A DNA stretch of 61,112 nt from an uncultured Candidatus Saccharibacteria bacterium (GTDB lineage: Bacteria > Patescibacteriota > Saccharimonadia > Saccharimonadales > SZUA-47): the NCBI GenBank assembly GCA_964419675.1, contig CAYQPN010000002.1, positions 133,073 through 194,184 of the forward strand, given 5' to 3'. The position numbers and the translations under genes are program-made. The number at the start of each line of letters is the position of its first letter. Within the stretch, counting starts at the first letter, position 1. This document shows, piece by piece, positions 36,436-46,050 of the stretch. The notes beneath the pieces were generated by a model. The model was given only the letters and a program-made list of their open reading frames with translations, made no database searches and was not told the origin of the DNA.

Positions 36436-37509
36436 GTGAACAAACATCAGGCTGAACATAGTGTTAATAATAGGATCACCTCACTATCGGTGGTAATACC
36501 AACCTATAATGGTGCATCTTGGCTGCCAGAAACTATTAATAAGGTTTGTGAAGCGGTTAATGTAGCGGGTATACATGATTACGAGATTCTTGTTGTTAAT
36601 GATGGTTCTACAGACGAAACAGAACTAACCATTAATAAATTAATAAATGAATCAAAACTACCAATTAAATTAATAACACAAAATAATGGCGGTAGGTTTG
36701 TGGCACGTCAAACTGGGGCAAACGAGGCATCGTTTAATTTCATACTATTTGTTGATACTCGCGTATTCATTGGTAGAAACGCATTAAAGTATGTTGTCGA
36801 GAAGCACGCTGAAGATCCATCGAGAAACGTGTGGTGTGCACATGTTAAATCGAAGAGCGCAGGAAATATATATGCAAGATTCTGGGAAGCCATAGCATAT
36901 ATAGCTTGGAGAAAGTATTTCAGTGATCCCAGGGATATCTCTTATGGGATTGAAGGCTTTGATGATTATCCTAAAGGCACTACCTGTTTCTTTATAAAGA
37001 AAGAAACCATAATTAAAGCAAATGACTGGTTTTTGAAGAATACAAAAAATCTTAAAACATCTAACGACGATACTCTGCTCATACGACACATTGCGGAGGA
37101 CCACAGCATAAACATTAGCCCTGAATACTGGTGTTTATATCATGCTCGATCATCAATGAAACAATATTTAAAACACGTATACCACCGCGGGAAAGTGTTT
37201 GTTGATGGTTTCTTGAGAAATGACGGTAACAGGTTCTATTATCCACTTATAGGGTTTTTATTGCTGTCAGTTGGAATTTCTATTTTAATATTAATAAAAC
37301 CAACTATACTTCTCCCACTTTTGCTAGTTGGCTTTATTGGTTGGGTGGTTGAACTTGTCTGTATAATACTTCTAAGGGTCCCACTAAAAGACGGACTAAG
37401 CTTGTTTATATTGAGCCCGGTATTCGGTATTTTTTACGGGGCAGGGATATGGCAAGCATTTCTAGAAATTAATATATTTAATAAATTCAGCAAAGAAAGA
37501 AAAATATAA
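36436..37509 (+). CDS. GT2 glycosyltransferase with C-terminal TM helices
   Basis: GTG start. LSVVIPTYNGASWL and LVVNDGSTDET. C-terminal hydrophobic region YYPLIGFLLLSVGISILILI. Confidence 0.8.
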   Translation: MNKHQAEHSVNNRITSLSVVIPTYNGASWLPETINKVCEAVNVAGIHDYEILVVNDGSTDETELTINKLINESKLPIKLITQNNGGRFVARQTGANEASFNFILFVDTRVFIGRNALKYVVEKHAEDPSRNVWCAHVKSKSAGNIYARFWEAIAYIAWRKYFSDPRDISYGIEGFDDYPKGTTCFFIKKETIIKANDWFLKNTKNLKTSNDDTLLIRHIAEDHSINISPEYWCLYHARSSMKQYLKHVYHRGKVFVDGFLRNDGNRFYYPLIGFLLLSVGISILILIKPTILLPLLLVGFIGWVVELVCIILLRVPLKDGLSLFILSPVFGIFYGAGIWQAFLEINIFNKFSKERKI

Positions 37510-38252
37510 TGAGCACAGGTAAATTGATTGATTATTATGATGAAGAAAAGTGGGGAGAAAATATACTAACAAAGCCCGAGCTTTTTGATAGAGAAAAAAA
37601 ATCTATAAAGCTAATTGAGAGTATCGGAATAAATAAAGCTAAGTTTTTGGATATTGGTAGCGGGATTGGTTTCTTTATGGACAAACTTTCAAAAGTTAAG
37701 CCAAAATTTGATATGCATGGTGTTGATTATTCAGAATACAATTTGAAAATAGCTAAAAAGCTGCAGTTTAATTTTAAGCAGTGCAACATTGAGCTTGGTA
37801 TACCATACGCTGACAAAACTTTCGATATTGTATATGCAGGAGAACTAATTGAACATCTAGTGAACCCAGATTTTTTTGTAGCGGAGTGCGCACGACTTAC
37901 GAAAAAAGGAGGTCACGTTATTATAACGACCCCTAATTTGTGCGCTTGGTATAACCGAATATTGGTGCTTTTTGGAATAATGCCGATGTTCTACGAGCTC
38001 TCTACCGTATCACCAAAAATTGGCGCAGGACCGCTTAAAAAAATCAAACAAGGGACGATACCCGTGGGCCATATTCGTATCTTCACTATACGTGCGCTTC
38101 GAGATTTACTTGAAAAAGGGGGATTTGAAGTAGTGAAGATCAAGGGTGCTCATTTTGCAGCACTTCCAAAGCCTGTAAGGTTGGTAGACGATATATTTAC
38201 TGTTTATCCACGATTATCCTCGGGCATAATTATCATGGCGAGAAAGAAATAG
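37509..38252 (+). CDS. Class I SAM-dependent methyltransferase
   Basis: Motif I is FLDIGSGIGFF, with FDIVYAGELIEHL. Its start overlaps the upstream stop (TAATG). Confidence 0.8.
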   Translation: MSTGKLIDYYDEEKWGENILTKPELFDREKKSIKLIESIGINKAKFLDIGSGIGFFMDKLSKVKPKFDMHGVDYSEYNLKIAKKLQFNFKQCNIELGIPYADKTFDIVYAGELIEHLVNPDFFVAECARLTKKGGHVIITTPNLCAWYNRILVLFGIMPMFYELSTVSPKIGAGPLKKIKQGTIPVGHIRIFTIRALRDLLEKGGFEVVKIKGAHFAALPKPVRLVDDIFTVYPRLSSGIIIMARKK

Positions 38253-38256
38253 GCTT

Positions 38257-40443
38257 GTGAAAATAGTTGAGAAGCTTGTCAAAGCGACAAAAAAAACTAA
38301 AGTCTCACTATTCTTGGTTTTGTTATCTTATCTATTTTTCACAATATTTTATATGGGGCCAAGTACATGGGACTGTAAAAACACACTTTACGGCTTTGGA
38401 GACAACACAGCAGGACCTATTTGGAGGTATGAGCTTGAGCCAAAGCAACCACCTCTTGGTACATACACTAATCAAACTAACTACCCTGTTGGCGAGGATT
38501 TATATAGCCCAACAAGCTATAGTTTGGTTGGGCAAACTATGTTAATCTGGTCAAGCTCAAGATTACTTGGTCCAATTTGTGGTTATAACGTTGTTAATAT
38601 GGTCGGGTTTATAGCTAGTGCTGGAGTTATGTATGGCTTTATTGTGGCCGTAACAAAAAAGCGCTGGATTGCGTGGTTAGCAGGGTATGCAGTATCGTTT
38701 AGTCCTTACTTTCAAATGAAAGTTGGAGGACATCCGGGGTATGGTTATCAAGCCTTATTAATTGGCTCAGCCTGGGCTTTATTTAATTTACTTACTCACA
38801 AGCGGAAAAAAGACGCACTTATATTTGGGGTCGTCTCCGCAACTACAGCTTACTTTGACCCTTATTTCTCTTTATTGCTAGCTTCAATAGTAGGTCCAAT
38901 ACTTGGTGTTTGGCTTGGAATACAGTGGCTCAAAGGTCGCAAGTCCCATAATGAAAGAAAGTTATTTTACTCAGATCTAAAGAGGGTATTATTAGGATTT
39001 GCTATTCTTGGTGCGTTATTACTACCTTTGGCTGGAGTTATATTAAAAAACAGCAGCGAAATTAGCAGTTCAGTCGCGGCCTTAAGGGGCAATGTTCTTT
39101 TTGAAGCTAAGTCATGTAGCAACTTACCACACGAGTATGCGGTTCCTTTTGTATTACACCCAGTATTTCAACGAGCTTTTGGTAAAGAGGATTACGTTAG
39201 TATAATAGATAGTTTGCATAGTGGGTTTACATGTGGGATAGGTGAAGACACTGTAGGCATAAGTATGATAATTCTAGCAATCACAAGCACCGGCCTAATA
39301 ATCTTCTGCTGGGAAAGACTTAATAAAAGAAAACCTATCATCCCTTTGGGATATGATAAAAAATTACTGTTGGCAGGCATGATAGGTGTAGTTTTAGTTG
39401 CGGGATTAATTGCACTACCGCCAATAAAACTAATGGGAATTATCCCAACCCCTTCGTACATATTGTTGGAGATTACTAGTACGTGGAGAACTCTGACAAG
39501 GCTGTATGTTCCTGCTAATTTTGCAGTCATAACTCTTTTTTCTATCATACTTACCTATATTGTTGCTAACTTCAGCAAATATAGAAAAACACTGAAGGTA
39601 CTCTTCATTATGATTTTCTTAATAGTATTTGTTGAGTATCAAGCATTCAAGCCTTTTATTGGTAATAAGTTATCAACTTTTAGTTATAAAACAGATGTAC
39701 CACAGATCTATAGCTGGCTTCGAGACCAGCAAGACATTAAAGTTGTTGCGGAATATCCAACAGAAAGAGCAGGTGGTGAATCAAACGCTATGGCATACTA
39801 CTTGTCGATGCAAAATGTTCATAAGAAAGTGTTATTTAACAGCAACAACCCTTTAGCATACGAAGAAGATCTGAGAGCTTCACTGAAAGATATATCAGAT
39901 ATCCAAACTTTACGAGTTTTGCGTGGGACAGGTGTAGATCATGTGATTATTCATGGGGTGGAAGAAAAGGAAATATCGAAAATACAAGGGCTTGAAATAG
40001 TACGAGTTGCGCCACAATCACCCTTTAGTATTTTAGCATTTACTCCATTGGTAAAAAATGACATCACAATTATTGCCAAGATTACTGCTGAACCTCAACA
40101 CAACATGCTAAAGTTCGAAAATGGCTTTGTTAGGAACGCTACTATTATTAAGTCTGCAATTGATTGGGAATATGAGGCTGTTAACGAGAGTGTTATGAAG
40201 GTGTCGCCATTACCAGGATCTAATCAAGTTCCAGAAGGGATAATTAAAAATTGTTTTGAGATAAGAATGGCGGTAGAGGAAGGTACAGCTCAACTATTTA
40301 CTACTGATGAAACCGGGCAAGTTACAACATCCACGGTCGGCACTACTTATGCACCAATAACTATTGTTTCGAATGGTTTAATTACATTAAAAAACGACAA
40401 GGGCTACAATATGAGAGTTAGAAACATTGGTTGTTCTAGTTAA
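38257..40443 (+). CDS. Large polytopic GT-C-like glycosyltransferase (YfhO/ArnT-type architecture) with a C-terminal extracytoplasmic domain
   Basis: GTG start. About 12 TM helices over the first 470 aa or so, then a soluble 250-aa domain. It clusters with a GtrB-like enzyme. The family assignment is from architecture only. Confidence 0.5.
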   Translation: MKIVEKLVKATKKTKVSLFLVLLSYLFFTIFYMGPSTWDCKNTLYGFGDNTAGPIWRYELEPKQPPLGTYTNQTNYPVGEDLYSPTSYSLVGQTMLIWSSSRLLGPICGYNVVNMVGFIASAGVMYGFIVAVTKKRWIAWLAGYAVSFSPYFQMKVGGHPGYGYQALLIGSAWALFNLLTHKRKKDALIFGVVSATTAYFDPYFSLLLASIVGPILGVWLGIQWLKGRKSHNERKLFYSDLKRVLLGFAILGALLLPLAGVILKNSSEISSSVAALRGNVLFEAKSCSNLPHEYAVPFVLHPVFQRAFGKEDYVSIIDSLHSGFTCGIGEDTVGISMIILAITSTGLIIFCWERLNKRKPIIPLGYDKKLLLAGMIGVVLVAGLIALPPIKLMGIIPTPSYILLEITSTWRTLTRLYVPANFAVITLFSIILTYIVANFSKYRKTLKVLFIMIFLIVFVEYQAFKPFIGNKLSTFSYKTDVPQIYSWLRDQQDIKVVAEYPTERAGGESNAMAYYLSMQNVHKKVLFNSNNPLAYEEDLRASLKDISDIQTLRVLRGTGVDHVIIHGVEEKEISKIQGLEIVRVAPQSPFSILAFTPLVKNDITIIAKITAEPQHNMLKFENGFVRNATIIKSAIDWEYEAVNESVMKVSPLPGSNQVPEGIIKNCFEIRMAVEEGTAQLFTTDETGQVTTSTVGTTYAPITIVSNGLITLKNDKGYNMRVRNIGCSS

Positions 40444-42523
40444 CTTTGGTATAAAAGCTTAGTCCTAAATCATTAAACCAAGTTAAATTATTTGCAATAA
40501 TATTAAATCGCTCATGTCGTTCACCTGGGGCATTCGGTGCAGTCATCCAGAACTCAAATGTACCTGTCTGCCCAGGAGCCACAGTCGATTCTTGAAGTAG
40601 TGCAGGCCGCGTACCGCTTAACCATCCACTACTTGGTGAGAATACACTAGGTCTTTCGTTTGGGCTAGTGGTCCCAACCAATAACGCGTTCGTGCCAGTG
40701 TTTCTCCATGTAATAGTTCCAGTATTTTTAGCTTTAAATCCAACATACGTCCTTTCTCCAGGCACTAGATTACCCAGATTCTTAACAGTTGTCTTGGTTT
40801 GGTCGGTATAAGCGTACTGGCTAGTCATTTGCCATGTATATGTTTGTGGCAAAATGTTTGTGTAGAAACTTAGCCCAGTATCGTTAAACCAACTATAGCC
40901 ATTTGCAATTAGACCGAACCGCTCATGCCGTTCGCCCGGAGCATTTGGTGCAGTCATCCAGAATTCGAATGTACCGGTCTGCCCAGGAGCCACAGACGAT
41001 TCTTGAAGTAGGGCAGGTCGCGTACCACTTAGCCAACTGCTGCCTGGCGAGAAGACGCTAGGCCTTTCGTTGGGGCTCAATGTCCCCACTAATATCGATT
41101 GTGGACCAGTGTTACCCCACGTCATATTACCCGTATTTCTGGCAGTAAACCCAATATAGGCTTTTTCACCAGGGAGTAAGTTGTTTAGAGACCTAACGCT
41201 GGTCTTGGTTTGGTCAGTGTAGGAATATTGAGACAACATTTGCCAACTGAAAACCGCTGGATTGGTTTGCATACTATAGAAAAGTCCAATATCCTGCATC
41301 CAGAGAGAGCCTTCAATGACAGGTGCAAAATATTCAGAAACCTGAGCCCCATTTAGAGGTGCCTTGAGCCAAAAGCTGAATGTTGCAATCCCTTCCGGGG
41401 CAACAGTGGCCTCCGCCATTGTTGCAGGCCTCGAACACGATAGCCAAGTGGGGTCACAGAACACGCTTTGTCTTTCATGTGGCCTTACAGTACCAAACCG
41501 TATTGGATTAGAGCCTGTATTGCTCCATGATTGGTTTCCTGTGTTTCTGATACTAATTGTTGCATACACTCTATTATTTGGTGCCATGTTGGAAGTCCCG
41601 ACTGGTACTGTTCTGGTTTGGTCGGTGTGAACTGTTTGAGACACTAAAGACCAAGAGTAATTTGCGTTTTGGGTGCTACCAAACCAGTCATTGAAGAGGC
41701 GCCAGAAGTTGCGGTTGCCGTAGGCACTACACGAATCTCCAGTACCGTATAAGTTATTTAGGGCGGCGGTATTTGGTTGGTAGGGGGTATAAATGTATAA
41801 ACTAGCTGTTGCTTGGTTTTCAATAAAAACATTTGAGCTGCCACAACCGCTAAGATTTGGGTTGTAATAAATTGTGTTGTTGCGATTAGCCTTGTAGTTA
41901 TAACTATTAGGATTAGCCTCGTATCGTCTAAAGGCTTTGGCTGCTTGGTAAACTTGATTGAAGAAGCCGTAATACTCAGAATCACATGGTGCGGTGTCTG
42001 GACATCCGTAGCCGGTGGCACTTCGGTATTGCGTGTCCCATGGCCAATCGTCGGTAACCAGGCTTTGTTCTTTTTGGAGTAGAACTATTAGTACTTGAGG
42101 GTTTATACCACAGGCACGAGAAGCGTCGTAAATTATTTGGGCAGATGACTTTGTGCCGGCTGTAATGCTTCCTGTACATAAGTCGCTTCCGCTATTAGTA
42201 ATTGCAGGTACGGTTTGCGAGTAGTCTTTCAAACATATAAACGGCGCTGGGTGACCTTGAGATGCACTATATGAAGCACGAGTTGTGCCATATATAGGCT
42301 GAGTACCATTGGTATCACAAACCGGCACTTTTGAATTAAGAAAATCTTGAATCTGCTGAATTGTCATCGAACTTGAGTTATAAAATACAGAGTTATCAAT
42401 TATTCGGCCGGCTTGAAAATCTGAACCAGATAGAGCGCTTGCAGAAGCTGGCAATAATGCAGAAACTAGAAAAAAACTTGCTAAGAAAAGTAGTTTTCCG
42501 AAGATTAAATTTTGCGTTTTCAT
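40436..42523 (-). CDS. Secreted surface protein: conserved N-terminal domain plus three tandem ~135-aa Ig-like (NBR1-like) repeats
   Basis: Signal peptide LLFLASFFLVSALLPASASA. N-domain contains GINPQVLIVLLQKEQSLVTDDWPW ... ATGYGCPD. Repeat units 2 and 3 share identical stretches, for example GTRPALLQES.VAPGQTGTFEFWMTAPNAPGERHERF. Confidence 0.65.
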   Translation of the reverse strand: MKTQNLIFGKLLFLASFFLVSALLPASASALSGSDFQAGRIIDNSVFYNSSSMTIQQIQDFLNSKVPVCDTNGTQPIYGTTRASYSASQGHPAPFICLKDYSQTVPAITNSGSDLCTGSITAGTKSSAQIIYDASRACGINPQVLIVLLQKEQSLVTDDWPWDTQYRSATGYGCPDTAPCDSEYYGFFNQVYQAAKAFRRYEANPNSYNYKANRNNTIYYNPNLSGCGSSNVFIENQATASLYIYTPYQPNTAALNNLYGTGDSCSAYGNRNFWRLFNDWFGSTQNANYSWSLVSQTVHTDQTRTVPVGTSNMAPNNRVYATISIRNTGNQSWSNTGSNPIRFGTVRPHERQSVFCDPTWLSCSRPATMAEATVAPEGIATFSFWLKAPLNGAQVSEYFAPVIEGSLWMQDIGLFYSMQTNPAVFSWQMLSQYSYTDQTKTSVRSLNNLLPGEKAYIGFTARNTGNMTWGNTGPQSILVGTLSPNERPSVFSPGSSWLSGTRPALLQESSVAPGQTGTFEFWMTAPNAPGERHERFGLIANGYSWFNDTGLSFYTNILPQTYTWQMTSQYAYTDQTKTTVKNLGNLVPGERTYVGFKAKNTGTITWRNTGTNALLVGTTSPNERPSVFSPSSGWLSGTRPALLQESTVAPGQTGTFEFWMTAPNAPGERHERFNIIANNLTWFNDLGLSFYTKVN
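40439..41260 (-). repeat. Intragenic tandem duplication with a 411-bp period (two high-identity units; a third, diverged unit lies at about 41261-41670)
   Basis: CGCTCATG anchors at 40509 and 40920 are exactly 411 nt (137 codons) apart. Long near-identical runs include GGTGCAGTCATCCAGAA and CTGCCCAGGAGCCACAG.CGATTCTTGAAGTAG. Confidence 0.85.
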
Positions 42524-42525
42524 TG

Positions 42526-43074
42526 TTATTGAATCTCCAGAGTGGTTGATGCGCTACCGGAAACAGTTTTTCCTGTGTAGGCCACTTCAACATTCCAGGT
42601 ACCTGAAGTAGAAAAGTCAGATTTTTTTAAAGTCAAAGTTACGCACGGAGTTGTCGATGCATCGCCGAAGGCTGGTACTTCTTTTTCAAAGCTCGAAGAG
42701 CCATTCGTAAAGGCTATATTGCATTTGCCGTCTTCTATAAAGTTTGAGATGAAGGCTCTTACCTCGACGTCGTCTCCGTATTGATTTGCATCAACAATCA
42801 CTACATTTGCAGAGCTAGGCAAAGTCTGAGTTTGTTGTTCTACAATTTTCTGTTTTTGTTCTTCGCCTGCTGTTGCCTCTGCCTCAGTTGGGGGATTGTA
42901 GTTGATTGTATCTTCAGTGGCTTGCGGGGTTGTAGTAACTGGTTTTTGGTAGAAGTTTGTTACTCCAGTTTTTTCTAACGTAAATAACAAAATCAGCAAC
43001 AACAATACCAGCAAAAATATGTAAGTTTTTTTATTTTTAGAATTGGTTGATTTTGTTTTATACACAGTAAACAC
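42526..43074 (-). CDS. Membrane-anchored small extracytoplasmic protein, unknown function
   Basis: TM helix YIFLLVLLLLILLFTL followed by a Thr/Glu-rich linker and a beta-rich domain. It starts 2 nt beyond the downstream gene. Confidence 0.5.
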   Translation of the reverse strand: MFTVYKTKSTNSKNKKTYIFLLVLLLLILLFTLEKTGVTNFYQKPVTTTPQATEDTINYNPPTEAEATAGEEQKQKIVEQQTQTLPSSANVVIVDANQYGDDVEVRAFISNFIEDGKCNIAFTNGSSSFEKEVPAFGDASTTPCVTLTLKKSDFSTSGTWNVEVAYTGKTVSGSASTTLEIQ

Positions 43075-43165
43075 ATACTATCATAAAACACAAGCTTTTT
43101 CAAGTGCCAAAACGATAACTTCTTTACTGTTCGATAAACTAAGCCAACCTGTTAATATTATATAA

Positions 43166-43312
43166 ATGAGGGTTACAGTTGTAGGAACCGGTTATGTTGG
43201 TCTGGTCACAGGAACATGTTTTGCCGGGCGAAACACTAATGATCAGCGCACTATGAATGAAAACGGGCTTACATACATAAGTATTAGAAGACCAGAAGTT
43301 AGACATGGGTAA
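43166..43312 (+). pseudogene. Remnant of a UDP-glucose 6-dehydrogenase gene with an internal deletion (N-terminal Rossmann motif joined to a C-terminal-like end)
   Basis: My own translation is MRVTVVGTGYVGLVTGTCFAGRNTNDQRTMNENGLTYISIRRPEVRHG. The first 20 aa match the UGDH N-terminus (VIGTGYVGLVTGxCFA) and GLTYISIRR resembles the family C-terminus. It is only 48 codons long and overlaps the next gene's start. Confidence 0.6.
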
Positions 43313-44189
43313 ATTGATACTTGTTACTGGGGGCGCAGGACATGTAGGTTCTCACGTAATTGAGCTGTTGCTTGAAGATAAAACAAATCGTGTGGTATCT
43401 CTGGATAATTACTTTAATGGTAAAAAAGAAAATCATATTAAGGGTGCGGAATACCGTGAGGGGCACACTAAGGACATCAATAAGTTAGTACCAGAAACAC
43501 CCGACGTTGTATATCACCTTGGTGAGTATGCACGCATTGCCCCATCTTTTGATGATGTAGAGCGGGTATATGACATGAATATTACCGGTACTTTTGCTGT
43601 TGTTGAGTTTTGCAGAAAGCGAAAAGTTGGGAAATTGGTATACGCTGGCTCCAGCACAAAGTTTGCAGCTGAGGGTGATGGACGTCACCAAAACCCCTAT
43701 TCTTTTACTAAGGCTACGAATGTAGACTTAATTAATGATTATGGTAGATGGTACAACCTGCCTTACGCAATATGCTATTTTTATAACGCTTTTGGACCTA
43801 GAGAGAACGGAGTCGGAAAATACGCTACTTTAATCGCTAAGTTTGAAAGGCTTTATCTAGAAGGTAAATCTTTTACCGTGGACCTCCCAGGGACTCAAAA
43901 ACGCAATTTTACATACGTGAAAGATTTGGCGCGGGGAATTATATTAACTGCCGAAAAAGGCTCAGGCGATGGGTATTCGCTAAATAATACTAAGAGCTAC
44001 TCGGTTGTTGAAATAGCGGAAGCATTTGGAGGCCCTATAGAATATGTAGAAAAGTATTCAGGGAGACTAAATTCAGGTGAAGTACCTGAAAAAGCACGCG
44101 AAGAACTTGATTGGCACACAACAGTGGACATTATTAACTATATTGAAAAATTTAAGGCTGAAAATCGAGATAAAGTGTTGCGAAAGTAA
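43305..44189 (+). CDS. NAD-dependent nucleotide-sugar epimerase/dehydratase (short SDR; possibly UDP-glucuronate decarboxylase or epimerase-like)
   Basis: LVTGGAGHVGSHVIELL and PYSFTKA (YxxxK). It follows the UGDH remnant. Confidence 0.7.
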   Translation: MGKLILVTGGAGHVGSHVIELLLEDKTNRVVSLDNYFNGKKENHIKGAEYREGHTKDINKLVPETPDVVYHLGEYARIAPSFDDVERVYDMNITGTFAVVEFCRKRKVGKLVYAGSSTKFAAEGDGRHQNPYSFTKATNVDLINDYGRWYNLPYAICYFYNAFGPRENGVGKYATLIAKFERLYLEGKSFTVDLPGTQKRNFTYVKDLARGIILTAEKGSGDGYSLNNTKSYSVVEIAEAFGGPIEYVEKYSGRLNSGEVPEKAREELDWHTTVDIINYIEKFKAENRDKVLRK

Positions 44190-44228
44190 CTTTTATAAGT
44201 CTAAGGAAAGGTATTATACTTACCTAAT

Positions 44229-45275
44229 ATGATTGTATGTATCATCGCAGGAGGAAGCGGAACTAGGCTTTGGCCACTCTCGACTCCGGACTATCCTAAG
44301 CATCTAATGAAAGTTAACGGCGACGATAAATCTCTACTTCAAAACACCTACGAACGAGCAAAAAAAATTGCTGAGCACGTGTATATCATTACCGAGAGTG
44401 GTCATGCCCATCACATAAAAGACCAATTACCAGAACTGACAGATGATAATTTTGTGGTTGATCCGGCCAGAAGGGGTACGGCAAGTTGCATTGTCTCGGC
44501 GCTAAATCATGTGGCATCAAGACACGATAACAACGAGCCAATTGCGATACTATCGGCTGATCACTATATACGTGATGTAGTTGGTTTTACGCATAGCTTT
44601 AAGATAGCTGGAGAAGCGTCAAAGTCAGAGAATAGAATAGTGTTAGTTGGGGTAGAACCTGACTACCCAGCAACAGGCTTTGGGTATATCCAAAAAGACG
44701 GAATTTTTGACGAAGAAAGTCTAGTTTATGATGTACATTCTTTTAAAGAAAAGCCAGAATATGATGTAGCAAGACAGTATGTAAAAAGCGGAAAGTATTT
44801 GTGGAACAGTGGGTATTTTGTAGGTTCAGTAGAGACATTTAAAAATAAAATGAAAGCCTACGCGCCTGTATTATATGAAAACTTTAATAAACTCAGAGAC
44901 ACAAAGACCCCTGAAGAATTTGAAAAAGTATACCTAGAATTTGAAAATGATTCGATAGACTACGCTTTAATAGAAAAAGTAGACGACCTGTTAGTTGTAC
45001 CAGCAAGTTTTGACTGGATGGATTTAGGCTCATATGGTGATTTGCATAAAGCCGTCGGTGCTGATGAGCACGGAAATTTTGTAGGCAAAGGATATGTAGA
45101 ACTTGAGGACGTTGACAATTGCTACATAGAGAATCATGAGGACAAACCTGTTGCAGTTGTTGGGCTAGATAACGTGGTTGTCATAAACACCAAAGATGGA
45201 ATATTGGTTGCCCGCAAAGACTTAGGACAAAAGGTTGGTGTGGTAGCAAAAAGAATTGCAGAAAAGAGAAAATAA
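44229..45275 (+). CDS. Mannose-1-phosphate guanylyltransferase (nucleotidyltransferase domain only)
   Basis: IIAGGSGTRLWPLS and GFGYIQ. It lacks the C-terminal cupin/PMI domain found in bifunctional ManC. Confidence 0.8.
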   Translation: MIVCIIAGGSGTRLWPLSTPDYPKHLMKVNGDDKSLLQNTYERAKKIAEHVYIITESGHAHHIKDQLPELTDDNFVVDPARRGTASCIVSALNHVASRHDNNEPIAILSADHYIRDVVGFTHSFKIAGEASKSENRIVLVGVEPDYPATGFGYIQKDGIFDEESLVYDVHSFKEKPEYDVARQYVKSGKYLWNSGYFVGSVETFKNKMKAYAPVLYENFNKLRDTKTPEEFEKVYLEFENDSIDYALIEKVDDLLVVPASFDWMDLGSYGDLHKAVGADEHGNFVGKGYVELEDVDNCYIENHEDKPVAVVGLDNVVVINTKDGILVARKDLGQKVGVVAKRIAEKRK

Positions 45276-45276
45276 T

Positions 45277-46050
45277 ATGCCCAAAAAAGTTATTGTATTT
45301 GATCTTGATGGTACACTTGCTCCCAGTAAATCGACTTTGCCCGATGCTATGGGTGCAGAATTATCCGAGTTGCTACGCCATAAACAAGTATGTGTAATTT
45401 CTGGTGGTAAGTTTGGCCAGTTTGAAAAACAACTTTTGTCGAATTTGAAGGTGTCTCCGGAGCACTTAAAAAACCTACACATCATGCCTACCTGTGGTAC
45501 CCGATACTACAAATATAATCTCGAAAACAAAGAGTGGGAACTTGTTTACGCTGAAGATTTTAAAGAGTCTGAAAAGCAAAAGATCATAGATGCGTTGAAT
45601 AAGGGTTTTGACGACTTAGGCTACCGAGTAGAAAAAACATACGGTGAGTGTATTGAAGACCGCGAGAGCCAAATTACCTTCTCTGTTTTGGGCCAAGACA
45701 TAGTTGATGTTTTAGGTGAAGAAGGTGTAGAGCTTAAAGAGGCTTGGGACCCAGATAATAAGAAGAAGCTAGAACTTCGCGACTATATTGCTCCACTTCT
45801 TCCTGAGTTTGAGGTTAGAGTTGGCGGGGTAACATCGATTGACGTGACTAAGCTGGGAGTAGATAAGGCTTACGGTATACAAAAATTAATGGATGTGTTG
45901 AATGTCAAAAAAGAGGAAATATTGTTTATTGGGGATAGGCTACAAGAAGGCGGAAACGACTATCCTGTATTTGCATTTGGGGTAGACTGTATTGCTATAG
46001 AAAAATGGCCTGAGACCAGAGCCGCCGTAGCAGTAATAAATAAGCTATGA
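45277..46050 (+). CDS. HAD-IIB phosphomannomutase-like phosphatase/mutase
   Basis: VIVFDLDGTLAPSKS and FIGDRLQEGGNDYPVF. The track ORF begins at 45256, inside the upstream gene. The ATG at 45277 lies 1 nt after the upstream stop and is preferred. Confidence 0.7.
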   Translation: MPKKVIVFDLDGTLAPSKSTLPDAMGAELSELLRHKQVCVISGGKFGQFEKQLLSNLKVSPEHLKNLHIMPTCGTRYYKYNLENKEWELVYAEDFKESEKQKIIDALNKGFDDLGYRVEKTYGECIEDRESQITFSVLGQDIVDVLGEEGVELKEAWDPDNKKKLELRDYIAPLLPEFEVRVGGVTSIDVTKLGVDKAYGIQKLMDVLNVKKEEILFIGDRLQEGGNDYPVFAFGVDCIAIEKWPETRAAVAVINKL

